DNA of 39,840 bases from Pseudomonadota bacterium (GCA_043825875.1 JBDRRF010000009.1:1-39840); one strand, 5' to 3'; numbered from the stretch's first letter, positions 24,395 to 33,600 are shown. The notes: generated by a model from the letters alone, not told the origin. Made by a program: numbers and translations.

Positions 24395-24603
24395 TTAATT
24401 CCTCTATTTATTAATAATGTATCAACATGAAAATTCTTATCGCAGGATGAAATAGCAGGCAGTAATTCTTTTGTTTTCAAGCAATTTCCACCGCAGTTGA
24501 TGAACTTGTATATCAGACCATCAATAATGTGCGATATTACTATCCGATTTAATAAGTACTTCAGTGTTTACTGTTTCTATGAATCTGTATCCTCCTTTCT
24601 TTC

Positions 24604-24768
24604 CTAACGCCGTTCATAATGTACTCCACCGCTGTCATGACCTCCGCCATGACCTCCACCATCACCTCTTCCTCTTCCATCCCAGCCATCTTCCCACCCG
24701 ATAAAACATCCTCCAAGAGATACAAGCATCATCACAAAAACAATTGCCAGTATAATCCTTTTCTTCAT
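24604..24768 (-). CDS. 54-aa Gly/His-rich small lipoprotein (not in ORF track)
   Basis: MKKRIILAIVFVMMLVSLGGCFIGWEDGWDGRGRGDGGGHGGGHDSGGVHYERR*; lipobox LGGC. Confidence 0.75.
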   Translation of the reverse strand: MKKRIILAIVFVMMLVSLGGCFIGWEDGWDGRGRGDGGGHGGGHDSGGVHYERR

Positions 24769-24935
24769 TTTCTCTTCCTTTGTTGCTCATTGAAGGATAA
24801 GGGATAACTTTCCCTCTCCATTTCCTTCTCCTTTCCTTATTGAACCGATAAGGAAAAAAATCATCCGGGACAATTCCACACACTACCCGGAAAGTACATT
24901 AACTCAAATGATTAGAAGTATTATGAAGGGTAATA

Positions 24936-25083
24936 GCAAATAGTCTGCCAATAGCCGGAGAATAATTATGAGTTTGGAATTATCCCTTAATAACAGAAAG
25001 TTAGGTTAACAGGAGAGAGCAGGTTAAAAGTATGAAACGATTTGCTTCCCTCCATATTTGGTGGAACCTCAGAATGTTGATGG
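24936..25083 (-). promoter_or_regulatory. Sigma54 promoter cassette copy 4
   Basis: TTGGCAGACTATTTGCT (24936-24949); element CCTCCATATTTGGTGGAACCTCAGAATGTTGATGG at 25049-25083. Confidence 0.85.
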
Positions 25084-25190
25084 GTATGGGAAGAGGCGGA
25101 CATCTTAAGCCGGGAGGCAAGTCAGGAAAGGGCAAGGCACCTCTAACAGGGCTCACTTTATTAAGCCGCCCGACGAGAGAATATACCATT

Positions 25191-25706
25191 TCAATGGTCC
25201 AAAGGGCTGCAATGGTCTTCATTACATCCCTGATCCGCTAAAAAGCCATATAGTGTTTCCTCAAGGTCTTTGAGGGCGAATGGTTTGAATAAAACGGAAT
25301 CCGCATGACCATTTTTCATCCCCTCTATCACGGCATCCTTTATCATGCCGGTCATCAAAATCACCGGTGTTTCCGGGGATGTTTTTTTAATATTACAGGC
25401 CAGTTCCCAACCGTTCATGCCGGGCATCTGAATATCCGTCAATACCAACTCAAATTCCTCATTGATAAAAAGATCCAATGCATCATATGCATTATTAACG
25501 GATTTCACTTCAAATTTTAGTTCGCTAAGCATGATGGCCAGTAAATTACAAAGAGCATTGTCATCATCTACTACTAGTATGCGTTTAGGTTTTACAATAT
25601 CCACATTCCCGGCTTTCCTGTGGACGCATAGATCATGAAGACCCTGTGGCCGGGTATGAATAATATGGGAATCGTCTGATTTTTTTGTCTCGGCTATATT
25701 GAACAT
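25191..25706 (-). CDS. Stand-alone response regulator receiver protein (start uncertain)
   Basis: RILVVDDD, LVLTDIQMPGMNG, VILMTG, LFKPF receiver motifs; no output domain. Confidence 0.85.
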   Translation of the reverse strand: MFNIAETKKSDDSHIIHTRPQGLHDLCVHRKAGNVDIVKPKRILVVDDDNALCNLLAIMLSELKFEVKSVNNAYDALDLFINEEFELVLTDIQMPGMNGWELACNIKKTSPETPVILMTGMIKDAVIEGMKNGHADSVLFKPFALKDLEETLYGFLADQGCNEDHCSPLDH

Positions 25707-25883
25707 TTGTACCCCTTCAATAAGGCATTTGGTAAAAAGCAATTTATCCATTAAGCTTCCTTCACTCCCTTCGGCAGGAAAACGGAGTGAAACCGGATAG
25801 CGAAGCAATTGTCTGTGATAACTCCGTGCGATTCTCAGGAAGAAATTTCATTCATATGATTTTAAGAATGATATTTTGTAAAT

Positions 25884-26032
25884 GCAAATAGTCTGCCAAT
25901 AGCCGAATGAATATCATAAGTTTGGATTAATCCTCTAATAACATGTGGTTAGATTAACAGGGGAAAACAGTAGAAAATTATGACATGATTCATTTGACCT
26001 CAATATTAGGCGGAACATCAACATATTGAGGA
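25884..26032 (-). promoter_or_regulatory. Sigma54 promoter cassette copy 5
   Basis: TTGGCAGACTATTTGCA (25884-25897); element CCTCAATATTAGGCGGAACATCAACATATTGAGG from 25998. Confidence 0.85.
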
Positions 26033-26118
26033 ATATTTTGAAGAGAAGTGGATTGTCTGAAACCCAACATATATCAAAAAGGCCAATAGTTCAATAGGTT
26101 ATTGGAAACATAGTTTGT

Positions 26119-26135
26119 GAGGCATATTTCTTGCT
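26119..26135 (+). promoter_or_regulatory. Divergent sigma54 -24/-12 promoter for the ice-binding-like gene
   Basis: GAGGCATATTTCTTGCT: GG 26121-22, GC 26133-34, 10-nt spacer. Confidence 0.65.
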
Positions 26136-26200
26136 TCTAGTTAGCCTATACAGAAGTCGGAATCTGTATCAAATTATCTAAAGAAAGAAAGGAGAAATCG

Positions 26201-27136
26201 ATGAGAAATATTTCTAAGGAAATGGGGCAGATTATGGATAAACGTATAGTATCTAAAATGAAGCACAAGTTTTTGATTCTATTCGTAGTAGCGGCATTGA
26301 CCGCGCTTCTTTACCCTCCCTTGGTATCGGCCACGCCATACCTGGGTTCGGCGCAGAGCTTCGCGGTTCTGGGTCACGAAACGGTAACCAATGGTCATAG
26401 CGACCCGAACCTGCCCACTCAGATCTACGGGAATTTGGGTGTGACGCCAAACACTTCGATCACTGGCTTTTATCCTGACGGGAGCGTGAGCGGAGGAACG
26501 ATACACATAAATGATGGGGTCGCGCAACTTGCTATGGTGGATGCTACGACTGCGTATAATACGCTATCAGGCTTGCCGTTTGTTTACAACTATACTGGTT
26601 TTGTCTTGGGTTCAGCGGGATACGCCACGCTTACGCCGGGTGTCTATCATTTTGAAACATCGGTTCAGTTGACCGGAGCACTCACGCTCGATTTCCAGGG
26701 CAACCCCGATGCGGACTTCATTTTCCAGATAGGGAGTACGCTCACGACCGCAAGCAGCTCTTCTGTTAACGTCATCAATGGGAATTCACTTGGTGGTGTG
26801 TATTGGCAGGTCGGAAGCTCTGCAACTCTGGGTACAGACACTACGTTCGCAGGAAATATTCTTGCCCTTGCAAGTGTTAGCCTTGATCCCAGGGCAGAGA
26901 TTCTTTGCGGGAGAGCCATCGCGCTAACAGGGTCAGTGACATTGATAGACAATCTTATCTCCAACAATAACACCGCCGAAGACTATGATAGCGACCGCTC
27001 CGATTTCGGCAGTTACGGCTTCAGCGGGGGCAGCGAGGGCAGCGCGGCGTCGGTTCCGGAACCCTCAACCATGCTCCTCCTTAGTACCGGGCTGACTGGA
27101 TTGGTTGCATTTAGAAAAAAGCTCAGGAAAGAATAG
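26201..27136 (+). CDS. DUF3494 (ice-binding-like) protein with C-terminal PEP-CTERM signal
   Basis: LGSAQSFAVLG, TLTPGVY, FIFQIGSTLTTAS, YWQVGSSATLG..FAGNILA; tail VPEPSTMLLLSTGLTGLVAFRKKLRK. Confidence 0.9.
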   Translation: MRNISKEMGQIMDKRIVSKMKHKFLILFVVAALTALLYPPLVSATPYLGSAQSFAVLGHETVTNGHSDPNLPTQIYGNLGVTPNTSITGFYPDGSVSGGTIHINDGVAQLAMVDATTAYNTLSGLPFVYNYTGFVLGSAGYATLTPGVYHFETSVQLTGALTLDFQGNPDADFIFQIGSTLTTASSSSVNVINGNSLGGVYWQVGSSATLGTDTTFAGNILALASVSLDPRAEILCGRAIALTGSVTLIDNLISNNNTAEDYDSDRSDFGSYGFSGGSEGSAASVPEPSTMLLLSTGLTGLVAFRKKLRKE

Positions 27137-27471
27137 CCAGGTTTAACAGGCGCATTCTACAGGGGGAGGGGGTTGGGGTGATTATGAGGTTGACCCTTGC
27201 CCCATGTGTAATAAGGAACGATAAGGATAATGGCCTTTCTTGCGTTGAGTAAGAGTCTGTAATTCGAAAAATACTACATACAAAGAAAAGCTTGATGATT
27301 CTCATATGCTGATTACCTAAAAAATCTCATTCGCCATGAGTATCTCCCACCAGTTGCAGAGGTGATACTTTTTTTCATATAACGTATTTTTCAGGGTTTT
27401 TGCTATTTTCATCTCATTTCTTTTCGTCTTTAAACCGTTCGACATCCTTTCCCATGTTCGGTTTGAAATAC

Positions 27472-27846
27472 TTACCAGTGCCGGTACTCTTTATCCCGGA
27501 TTACCCGGATCTCATCGGGATTGTGACAACGAAGGCTTTGTGGGAGTTGATTACTATTTACTGCCCGCCACGGTCCATTGTAATATGTTCCACGGTACCA
27601 TCCATTATCGTAGAAGAGAAAGTAGATGTTGCTTATCTGATAAAGGTCAAAGGGGATGTCAACCGCCACATAAAACCCAAGAGGATATGGCATGATGAAA
27701 TCAGGGGGTCCGGATAAAATAATCATTGGACCAGGTATTTCAATATTCAAATCATCATTCTCATTTAGTTTATCCCACGCCGTTGTTGTGAGTAAGAACG
27801 CTGCGATGGTTACTGCCAGAAATATCCGACCAAAATGTTTCATCAT
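27472..27846 (-). CDS. Exported hypothetical protein (Tyr/Trp/Pro-rich)
   Basis: Signal-like N-terminus; GFYVAVDIPFDLY..YFLFYDNGWYRGTYYNGPW. Confidence 0.65.
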   Translation of the reverse strand: MMKHFGRIFLAVTIAAFLLTTTAWDKLNENDDLNIEIPGPMIILSGPPDFIMPYPLGFYVAVDIPFDLYQISNIYFLFYDNGWYRGTYYNGPWRAVNSNQLPQSLRCHNPDEIRVIRDKEYRHW

Positions 27847-28064
27847 CAGGTTTCCGCTCCTTATTCACGGTTTTCTTTATGGTAGTATTGCATCGGTATG
27901 TGTTATAAAAATTGAAATGATTTGTTTAACCTCAACCTTTGGGTAAACACCTATATCTTGAGATATACTTTTAACGCAGAAGGAAGCAGATAGAGAAACC
28001 GGACCGCTATCGGAATTAAAATCGGTGTTTAACAACAATTTAGCAAGAAGCCACTCAGTTTTTC

Positions 28065-28102
28065 TACTGCCGGCTATAGCATTACTTTTGCAGCCGGCAG
28101 TA
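28065..28102. terminator. Stem-loop, probable terminator
   Basis: TACTGCCGGCT...AGCCGGCAGTA, 11-bp inverted repeat. Confidence 0.55.
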
Positions 28103-28130
28103 TTTTATGTGCTGAAGTTTATGAAAAAGT

Positions 28131-28268
28131 TTAGAAGCGGAGGCCTATGTCACCCGTCGCAGTAAAGCCGTCTATCTTGACGTCCTGGCCGCCATAAGAT
28201 GGTTTAGCCCAGAGGTATCTCCCTTCGACACCCAGAAATACGGTATCCGTAATGTTGAAATTTGCTCG
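28131..28268 (-). pseudogene. C-terminal remnant of an outer-membrane beta-barrel gene
   Basis: Startless frame RANFNITDTVFLGVEGRYLWAKPSYGGQDVKIDGFTATGDIGLRF*: amphipathic strands and terminal Phe, immediately after the BON gene stop. Confidence 0.7.
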
Positions 28269-28270
28269 GA

Positions 28271-29026
28271 CTACCCGATGGTCATCTGGTTTTTTACACT
28301 CTTTACGCCGTTTACGTCATTGACCAATTTGCCGGCCAGGTCCTTTTCGGCTGCGTTTTCCGCATTGCCGGTTAATGTAACCACACCTTTCTTCGTGGTG
28401 ACCGAGGTTTCAAGGGCGCTGGTTGAGCGGTGGTATAGAAGCGTCATCTTCACCTGAGCAGTAATGGAAGCATCATCAATCTTTTGGCCTGCTGTTTCTG
28501 TTTTTTTCGGGGTCTTTGCTATTTTCATCTCATTTTTTACGTCTTTAACCCCATCTACATCCCTGGCGTATTCGGTTGTCAGATCTTTTTGCGCCTGGTT
28601 GCTTGCTTCGCCTTGCAGGGTTACGATTCCGCCTTCGGTGTTAACTTCTGTCATGGCACTCACGTTCCGATGAAACAGGAGCATGGTTTTCAATTTCATT
28701 GTGATCCACGCATCAGATTTTTCAGCGGGGCCTTCGTCTTTTACTTCCAAACTGTTGTCCACACTCTTAACACCAGGCAAGCTTGCCACGGTATCCTGAG
28801 CTAATGATTTGTGGGATTCTTCCGAGACAGTTCCCGTTAAGCCCACAACTCCATCCACAGACTGAATTTTAATATCATCAGCCTTAAGGTAGGTTTTGAA
28901 TACATACGACTTTTTGGCGGATGATTCGATACGGCTGTCCGCTTTTGATGCGTGAACAGGCATACTCAGCGCCAGCAGAGCCACCGCTGTCCCCATCATT
29001 ACTGATAATTTACACATTGTTTTCAT
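28271..29026 (-). CDS. BON-domain (OsmY-like) periplasmic protein, three BON domains
   Basis: Signal peptide; three repeats of D..I....K...GVV.L.G...GVK.V.N. Confidence 0.92.
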   Translation of the reverse strand: MKTMCKLSVMMGTAVALLALSMPVHASKADSRIESSAKKSYVFKTYLKADDIKIQSVDGVVGLTGTVSEESHKSLAQDTVASLPGVKSVDNSLEVKDEGPAEKSDAWITMKLKTMLLFHRNVSAMTEVNTEGGIVTLQGEASNQAQKDLTTEYARDVDGVKDVKNEMKIAKTPKKTETAGQKIDDASITAQVKMTLLYHRSTSALETSVTTKKGVVTLTGNAENAAEKDLAGKLVNDVNGVKSVKNQMTIG

Positions 29027-29175
29027 TTGTACGTTCTCCTTTTTTTGGTGTTACTGTTGTTTTTTGAACTCTTTTACTCCGAAGACATCATGCCTTTCGG
29101 AGTTATGGTTGTGGTGAATCATGCAACTGCAACCGGGAACACAAGAATATACGGGTGCATGATGCGCCGTTTTCA

Positions 29176-29355
29176 CTACTTTTCAAAAACCTTCTTGACC
29201 TGACCGATTTTTTCCTGAACTTCACCGGCTATCTTCTCGCCGGTACCTTCGGCTTCCAAATCCGGGTTATCGCTTAATTTCCCGGCGACCTCCTTGATCT
29301 TACCTTTAACCTGGTGCAGCTTGCCTTCTGCGTTGTCTTTTGTGCTTGGCTTCAT
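29176..29355 (-). CDS. CsbD family stress protein (59 aa; not in ORF track)
   Basis: MKPSTKDNAEGKLHQVKGKIKEVAGKLSDNPDLEAEGTGEKIAGEVQEKIGQVKKVFEK*; AGGAG RBS. Confidence 0.93.
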   Translation of the reverse strand: MKPSTKDNAEGKLHQVKGKIKEVAGKLSDNPDLEAEGTGEKIAGEVQEKIGQVKKVFEK

Positions 29356-29440
29356 TATATCTCCTGTTTAATTTATGGAAATCTCCGGTTTTTTCTGTAT
29401 CATTGCTTGTAAGAACCAATTCATGTGCCTCAAAGCTACC

Positions 29441-29593
29441 TCAAATCCGCCCCAGTACTAAAAGGATGACCAGGACCAAAAGGATCAATCCGACTCCTCC
29501 GCTGGGATATGGTCCCCAGGACTTACTGTGGGGCCAGGTTGGCAGGGCTCCGATGAGCACGATGACTAGTATGATTATCAGAATGGTTCCCAT
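29441..29593 (-). CDS. DUF3309 small membrane protein (50 aa; not in ORF track)
   Basis: MGTILIIILVIVLIGALPTWPHSKSWGPYPSGGVGLILLVLVILLVLGRI*; AGGAG RBS. Confidence 0.92.
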   Translation of the reverse strand: MGTILIIILVIVLIGALPTWPHSKSWGPYPSGGVGLILLVLVILLVLGRI

Positions 29594-29930
29594 GATTTAT
29601 CTCCTTTACTGTTATTTGACTCTCTTGTTTGTTAGCTAACAAAGGGCGCCCGTAGCGAGCAATAAATGCGATTGCCATAATATCTTTCTTTTTTGTCATT
29701 TTTGGCATTATTCCGCGTATACTGCTGACAATTTCTGCCAATTCGACACTATCTTTATATTCCAGCCTGGATTTGTCCCTGATATATCCATATTTATTCT
29801 GTAAAAGCCCAAAAAGTTTCTCGCCTTTTCCATCGATCTCGCTAAGATCGTTAGCAGTAAATTTGCCCCACTTCTCTTTAACGCTTCCTTTGATCTCCTG
29901 CCATTTGCCTTTCAGAATATCTTCATTCAT
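29523..29930 (-). CDS. CsbD/YjbJ family protein with C-terminal extension
   Basis: MNEDILKGKWQEIKGSVKEKWGKFTANDLSEIDGK..GLLQNKYGY; AGGAGG RBS; tail overlaps the DUF3309 gene. Confidence 0.8.
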   Translation of the reverse strand: MNEDILKGKWQEIKGSVKEKWGKFTANDLSEIDGKGEKLFGLLQNKYGYIRDKSRLEYKDSVELAEIVSSIRGIMPKMTKKKDIMAIAFIARYGRPLLANKQESQITVKEINHGNHSDNHTSHRAHRSPANLAPQ

Positions 29931-30119
29931 ATTCATCCTCCTTTCGGCTGAAGTTACCACTTCTCTTCAATATTCAAGCTGATCTTATCTGATTGTTAAT
30001 GCACATTACCGGGGGATGCACCCCAACATCAGCTAAGGAAGAGCTGCCCCGGTCTGTCTGTTGATGAATGGAAATAACTTGCTTTGGGGCGAGATGAGCA
30101 TAACTATTAATAGGTAATA

Positions 30120-30268
30120 GCAAATAGCCTGCCAAGAACCGAAGGAGAATTATATATTTGGATTCGCCCTTTAATAACAGATGATTAGATTAACAGAAGA
30201 GAACAGCGGAAAAGTATGAAACGATTTGTTTGCCCTCAATATTTAGGGGAACCTCAGCATATGGACGG
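30120..30268 (-). promoter_or_regulatory. Sigma54 promoter cassette copy 6
   Basis: TTGGCAGGCTATTTGCT (30120-30133); element CCTCAATATTTAGGGGAACCTCAGCATATGGACGG at 30234-30268. Confidence 0.85.
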
Positions 30269-30334
30269 CTATTTTTGGAGGTGGACGGTTGACGCATGGG
30301 CAACCTTGAAGCGGCAGACCTGCAGGCAGAAATA

Positions 30335-30371
30335 AAAATGACCGGCAAAATTAAGAACTGCCGGTCATTTT
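30335..30371 (-). terminator. Rho-independent terminator after the PEP-CTERM gene
   Basis: AAAATGACCGGCA...TGCCGGTCATTTT hairpin with T-tracts. Confidence 0.7.
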
Positions 30372-30399
30372 ATGCTTTGCGATGTTTATCGGTAATTTA

Positions 30400-30978
30400 T
30401 TATTTTTTAGAAATTTTCCGAGAAAAGGTTCCAACGCCTACCAACCCCATTCCAAGAAGCATCAAGGTGGCTGGTTCAGGAACAGGCGAGGGAGGAACGT
30501 GGCCCGACGCTGAGAAACTGGCCGTTCCACCGTCTGAGTTTGCGCTGAAATACAAGTCACCAGGGGTGTCCTCGAAACCGGTTATATGCGCAATGCCGTT
30601 CGCAGCAAGGCTTATGGTGTTGAAATCGCTGTAATTGATTTTAATCTCAGTTGCGTCAAAGCTGTAGGTTTTCCCTTCACAGTCAAATGTCCAGAGTGGT
30701 ACAAGGGGATTTGGAGAAAGCGACGGCAAAAACGTGAAGGGGGTAAATGTAACAGCCTGATCGGAACCAACCGCATCATAGTCGCCGGTCCCTCCTGTGG
30801 CTGATACTACAACATCGCTGAAACTAATGAATGCCGTAGCCAATGACAAATTCGCATTATCCTGTACGGATGTTCCGCTAAATGAGATGGCACCCTTAAT
30901 CGGGGTGGCCATCGCGTTAACCGCCATGAAACAGCTCAATACAGCCAGCAAACTGCAAACTTTTAAAATTTTTTTCAT
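30400..30978 (-). CDS. PEP-CTERM surface protein
   Basis: Signal peptide MKKILKVCSLLAVLSCFMAVNAMA; tail VPEPATLMLLGMGLVGVGTFSRKISKK. Confidence 0.9.
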   Translation of the reverse strand: MKKILKVCSLLAVLSCFMAVNAMATPIKGAISFSGTSVQDNANLSLATAFISFSDVVVSATGGTGDYDAVGSDQAVTFTPFTFLPSLSPNPLVPLWTFDCEGKTYSFDATEIKINYSDFNTISLAANGIAHITGFEDTPGDLYFSANSDGGTASFSASGHVPPSPVPEPATLMLLGMGLVGVGTFSRKISKK

Positions 30979-31254
30979 AATCTTCCCCTCTTTAATTAAT
31001 ATACTATTTTTTTTATAAAATCGGCCATAAAATTCCAAGCTTTTATGCTCGGGAACAACTGGTCACCTTAATACAAAGACATCGAAGACTTGGTAAAATT
31101 ATTCTGTGCCTGCGCACCTCCTTTCAAAATGACTCATGTTCTCCGGCAAGTATCTTAACGGTTGTAAAGGTCTTCTTTGTTTACGAGGCTAATTATAGTT
31201 TGACCTTTAGATGAAGTATATGGCTATAAGGACCATAACAATAAAAGGGTATAA

Positions 31255-31403
31255 GCAAATAGTCTGCCAATACCCGAAGGAGAATTATATATTTGGATTC
31301 GCCCTTTAATAACAGATGATTAGATTAACAGAAGTGAACAGCGGAAAAGTATAAAGCGACTCATTTAGCCTCAAGATTTGGTGGAACACCAACATGTTGA
31401 TAG
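31255..31403 (-). promoter_or_regulatory. Sigma54 promoter cassette copy 7, 23 bp after the bEBP1 stop
   Basis: TTGGCAGACTATTTGCT (31255-31268); element CCTCAAGATTTGGTGGAACACCAACATGTTGATAG at 31369-31403. Confidence 0.85.
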
Positions 31404-31426
31404 ATACTTTGAAGGGAGGCTGACAG

Positions 31427-33160
31427 TTAATCTGCCTCTTTTATTTCCGGCCGGACTATCCCGAGCTTATGCATCCTTGCTCTTAAGGTACTCGGATGAA
31501 GGCCAAGGATCAGTGCGGCTCCGTCCTTTCCATCGATGCGCCATCGGGTTTCGGAAAGAATTTTAAGAATCTGGTTTCGCTCCGTCTCTTCTAATGTCCT
31601 TACGACGGATGAAAGTGAGGCGGATGAAATTTTCAGTTTATCTGCTAGCTTCAAAACCGGCCCGGAGCACATGATCACGGCCCGTTCAATAATGCTTTCA
31701 AGCTCCCGGACGTTTCCGGGCCAAGGATAATTCTGAAGTTCCTTCATTGTCTCGTTCTGTATCGTGGTAATCTGTTTGCCCAATTTTCTGGAATACCGCT
31801 CAATGAATGTCTGGACCATCATGGGAATGTCATCTTGACGCTGCCTTAGTGGTGGAACAGTAATTGGGAAAACGTTTAGCCGATAGTAAAGATCCTGCCG
31901 GAACCGTCCTTTGCGGACCTCTTCCTCAAGGTCTCGATTGGTCGTTGCCACGATTCGCACATCGACTTTGATGGTACGTGATGAGCCCAGGCGCTCAAAC
32001 TCGTGATGTTGAACCACCCGGAGCAGCTTTGCCTGCAACAAAAGCGGTAGCTCCCCGATCTCGTCTAAGCAAACAGTGGAATTGTTGGCGATCTCGAACC
32101 GGCCTATCTGCTTGGTATCGGCTCCAGTATATGCCCCCTTCTCCCGGCCGAATAATTCGCTTTCTATTAAATTTTCCGGCAGTGCAGCACAGTTGACCAC
32201 AATTAATGGCCTTTCTTTACGGGGACTCATCTCATGGATAGCGGCAGCGATCAATTCTTTTCCGGTACCGGTTTCTCCGAGAACGAGAACAGTTGTGTTT
32301 GAGGGAGCAACTTGTTCCGCTCGATATATAACATACTTAAGGCCATCACTTTGCCCGATAATATTCTCAAATTGATATTTCATTTTGTGTTCGTGACGAA
32401 AGTAAAGATTTTCTGCTTCGAGCTGGGTTTTCAAAGTTTTGATTTCAGAAAGTGCTGTCCGAAGTGACTCTTCCGATATCTTTTGTTCGTCTAATTTCTG
32501 CGAGAGCCGCTCGTTTGCTATGATCAACTCTCCAGTCTTTTCCTTTATCTTAAGGTCAAGCTCGCGATACGCTTTTTCCAGTAGTTCTTCCGTTCGCTTT
32601 TGCTCGGTGATATCAATTATTGTGGTAAGTATATAATCGGCACTATCATCAATATTCTCTTTAGCTACGCTTTGGAGCTGGGCATAGAATGTTGTGCCAT
32701 CTTTTTTCTTAAGTCTGATTTCACAGGTATGCTTGCCAGGTTTTTGAAAAACTTCTTTACGGTGGTTCGAAAAAAATTTCCTCCCGTCTGCATCGGGAAT
32801 AAAACTGATAAAAGGTTTTTTTGCCAGCAGCCGCCTCTCTATTCCCAGCAGTTGGCAGCCGGTAAGATTTACCTCATCTATAAGTCCGTGCGTATCAATG
32901 GTGAAATAACCCACGGGTGCAAAGTCATATAGTTCGGAATACTTATTCCGCGACAACTCAAGCTCCTCCTGGGCTTGGCGCAGCTCTGCATTCTGCATCT
33001 CCAGTTCGATCTGGTGGACCTCGAGTTCATGGACAAGCCTCTGTGCGGCTTCCTCGGCCTTGGGATGCTGCAAATCCTCTTTTTTCTCATACAACCGTGC
33101 TTCTGCCTGGCGGCGCAGTTCGGTGGCTGTTGAATGTTTCTTCTCTTTGGAAATACCCAT
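31427..33160 (-). CDS. Sigma54 enhancer-binding protein 1 (coiled coil + PAS + AAA+ + Fis-type HTH)
   Basis: [13 protein letters not shown] coil, [75 protein letters not shown]. Confidence 0.95.
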   Translation of the reverse strand: MGISKEKKHSTATELRRQAEARLYEKKEDLQHPKAEEAAQRLVHELEVHQIELEMQNAELRQAQEELELSRNKYSELYDFAPVGYFTIDTHGLIDEVNLTGCQLLGIERRLLAKKPFISFIPDADGRKFFSNHRKEVFQKPGKHTCEIRLKKKDGTTFYAQLQSVAKENIDDSADYILTTIIDITEQKRTEELLEKAYRELDLKIKEKTGELIIANERLSQKLDEQKISEESLRTALSEIKTLKTQLEAENLYFRHEHKMKYQFENIIGQSDGLKYVIYRAEQVAPSNTTVLVLGETGTGKELIAAAIHEMSPRKERPLIVVNCAALPENLIESELFGREKGAYTGADTKQIGRFEIANNSTVCLDEIGELPLLLQAKLLRVVQHHEFERLGSSRTIKVDVRIVATTNRDLEEEVRKGRFRQDLYYRLNVFPITVPPLRQRQDDIPMMVQTFIERYSRKLGKQITTIQNETMKELQNYPWPGNVRELESIIERAVIMCSGPVLKLADKLKISSASLSSVVRTLEETERNQILKILSETRWRIDGKDGAALILGLHPSTLRARMHKLGIVRPEIKEAD

Positions 33161-33359
33161 TGCTAACCTTGATCCTCAAACAGACTTTAAAGCCTTGCAT
33201 ATTCTTGGCGCAGATCCGCCTCCAGCCAGCAGGAGGCGATGCCGATACCGACAATTGGAAAAAGGATGGCTCTCTTGCCACGATGGTGTGCCTTTTGGGG
33301 AAGACCCGTCTCGTTTATTGCCCCAGTTAGCCGGTTTAGTTTGATTTTTCATAATTTTA

Positions 33360-33387
33360 AATATATCAGATTTTTTTATATATACAA
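33360..33387 (-). promoter_or_regulatory. Putative sigma70 promoter of bEBP1
   Basis: TTGTAT-N16-TATATT with TG extension; paralogous position upstream of bEBP2. Confidence 0.4.
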
Positions 33388-33480
33388 AGGGTATTTTCAA
33401 TGGTTTCGGATAATTTGAGCCATTTTAGAGGTGGAGTTGCTGAGAAAAAGGGTATGGTGCAGAGTGGGGGAGTCTTAAGA

Positions 33481-33600
33481 TTATAAGTTTCTAAAAACTT
33501 TAATAATTTCCATTGCTGAAAATCCGTCAAATTCACCTATCAGGTCAATATATAAATTAACTTCACTTTGGTGAGCAGTTATTCTGAAATTTGATGTCAT
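33481..33600 (-). pseudogene. Truncated STAS-like paralog (39 aa)
   Basis: MTSNFRITAHQSEVNLYIDLIGEFDGFSAMEIIKVFRNL*; nearly identical to the N-terminus of 34776-35069, then diverges. Confidence 0.8.
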
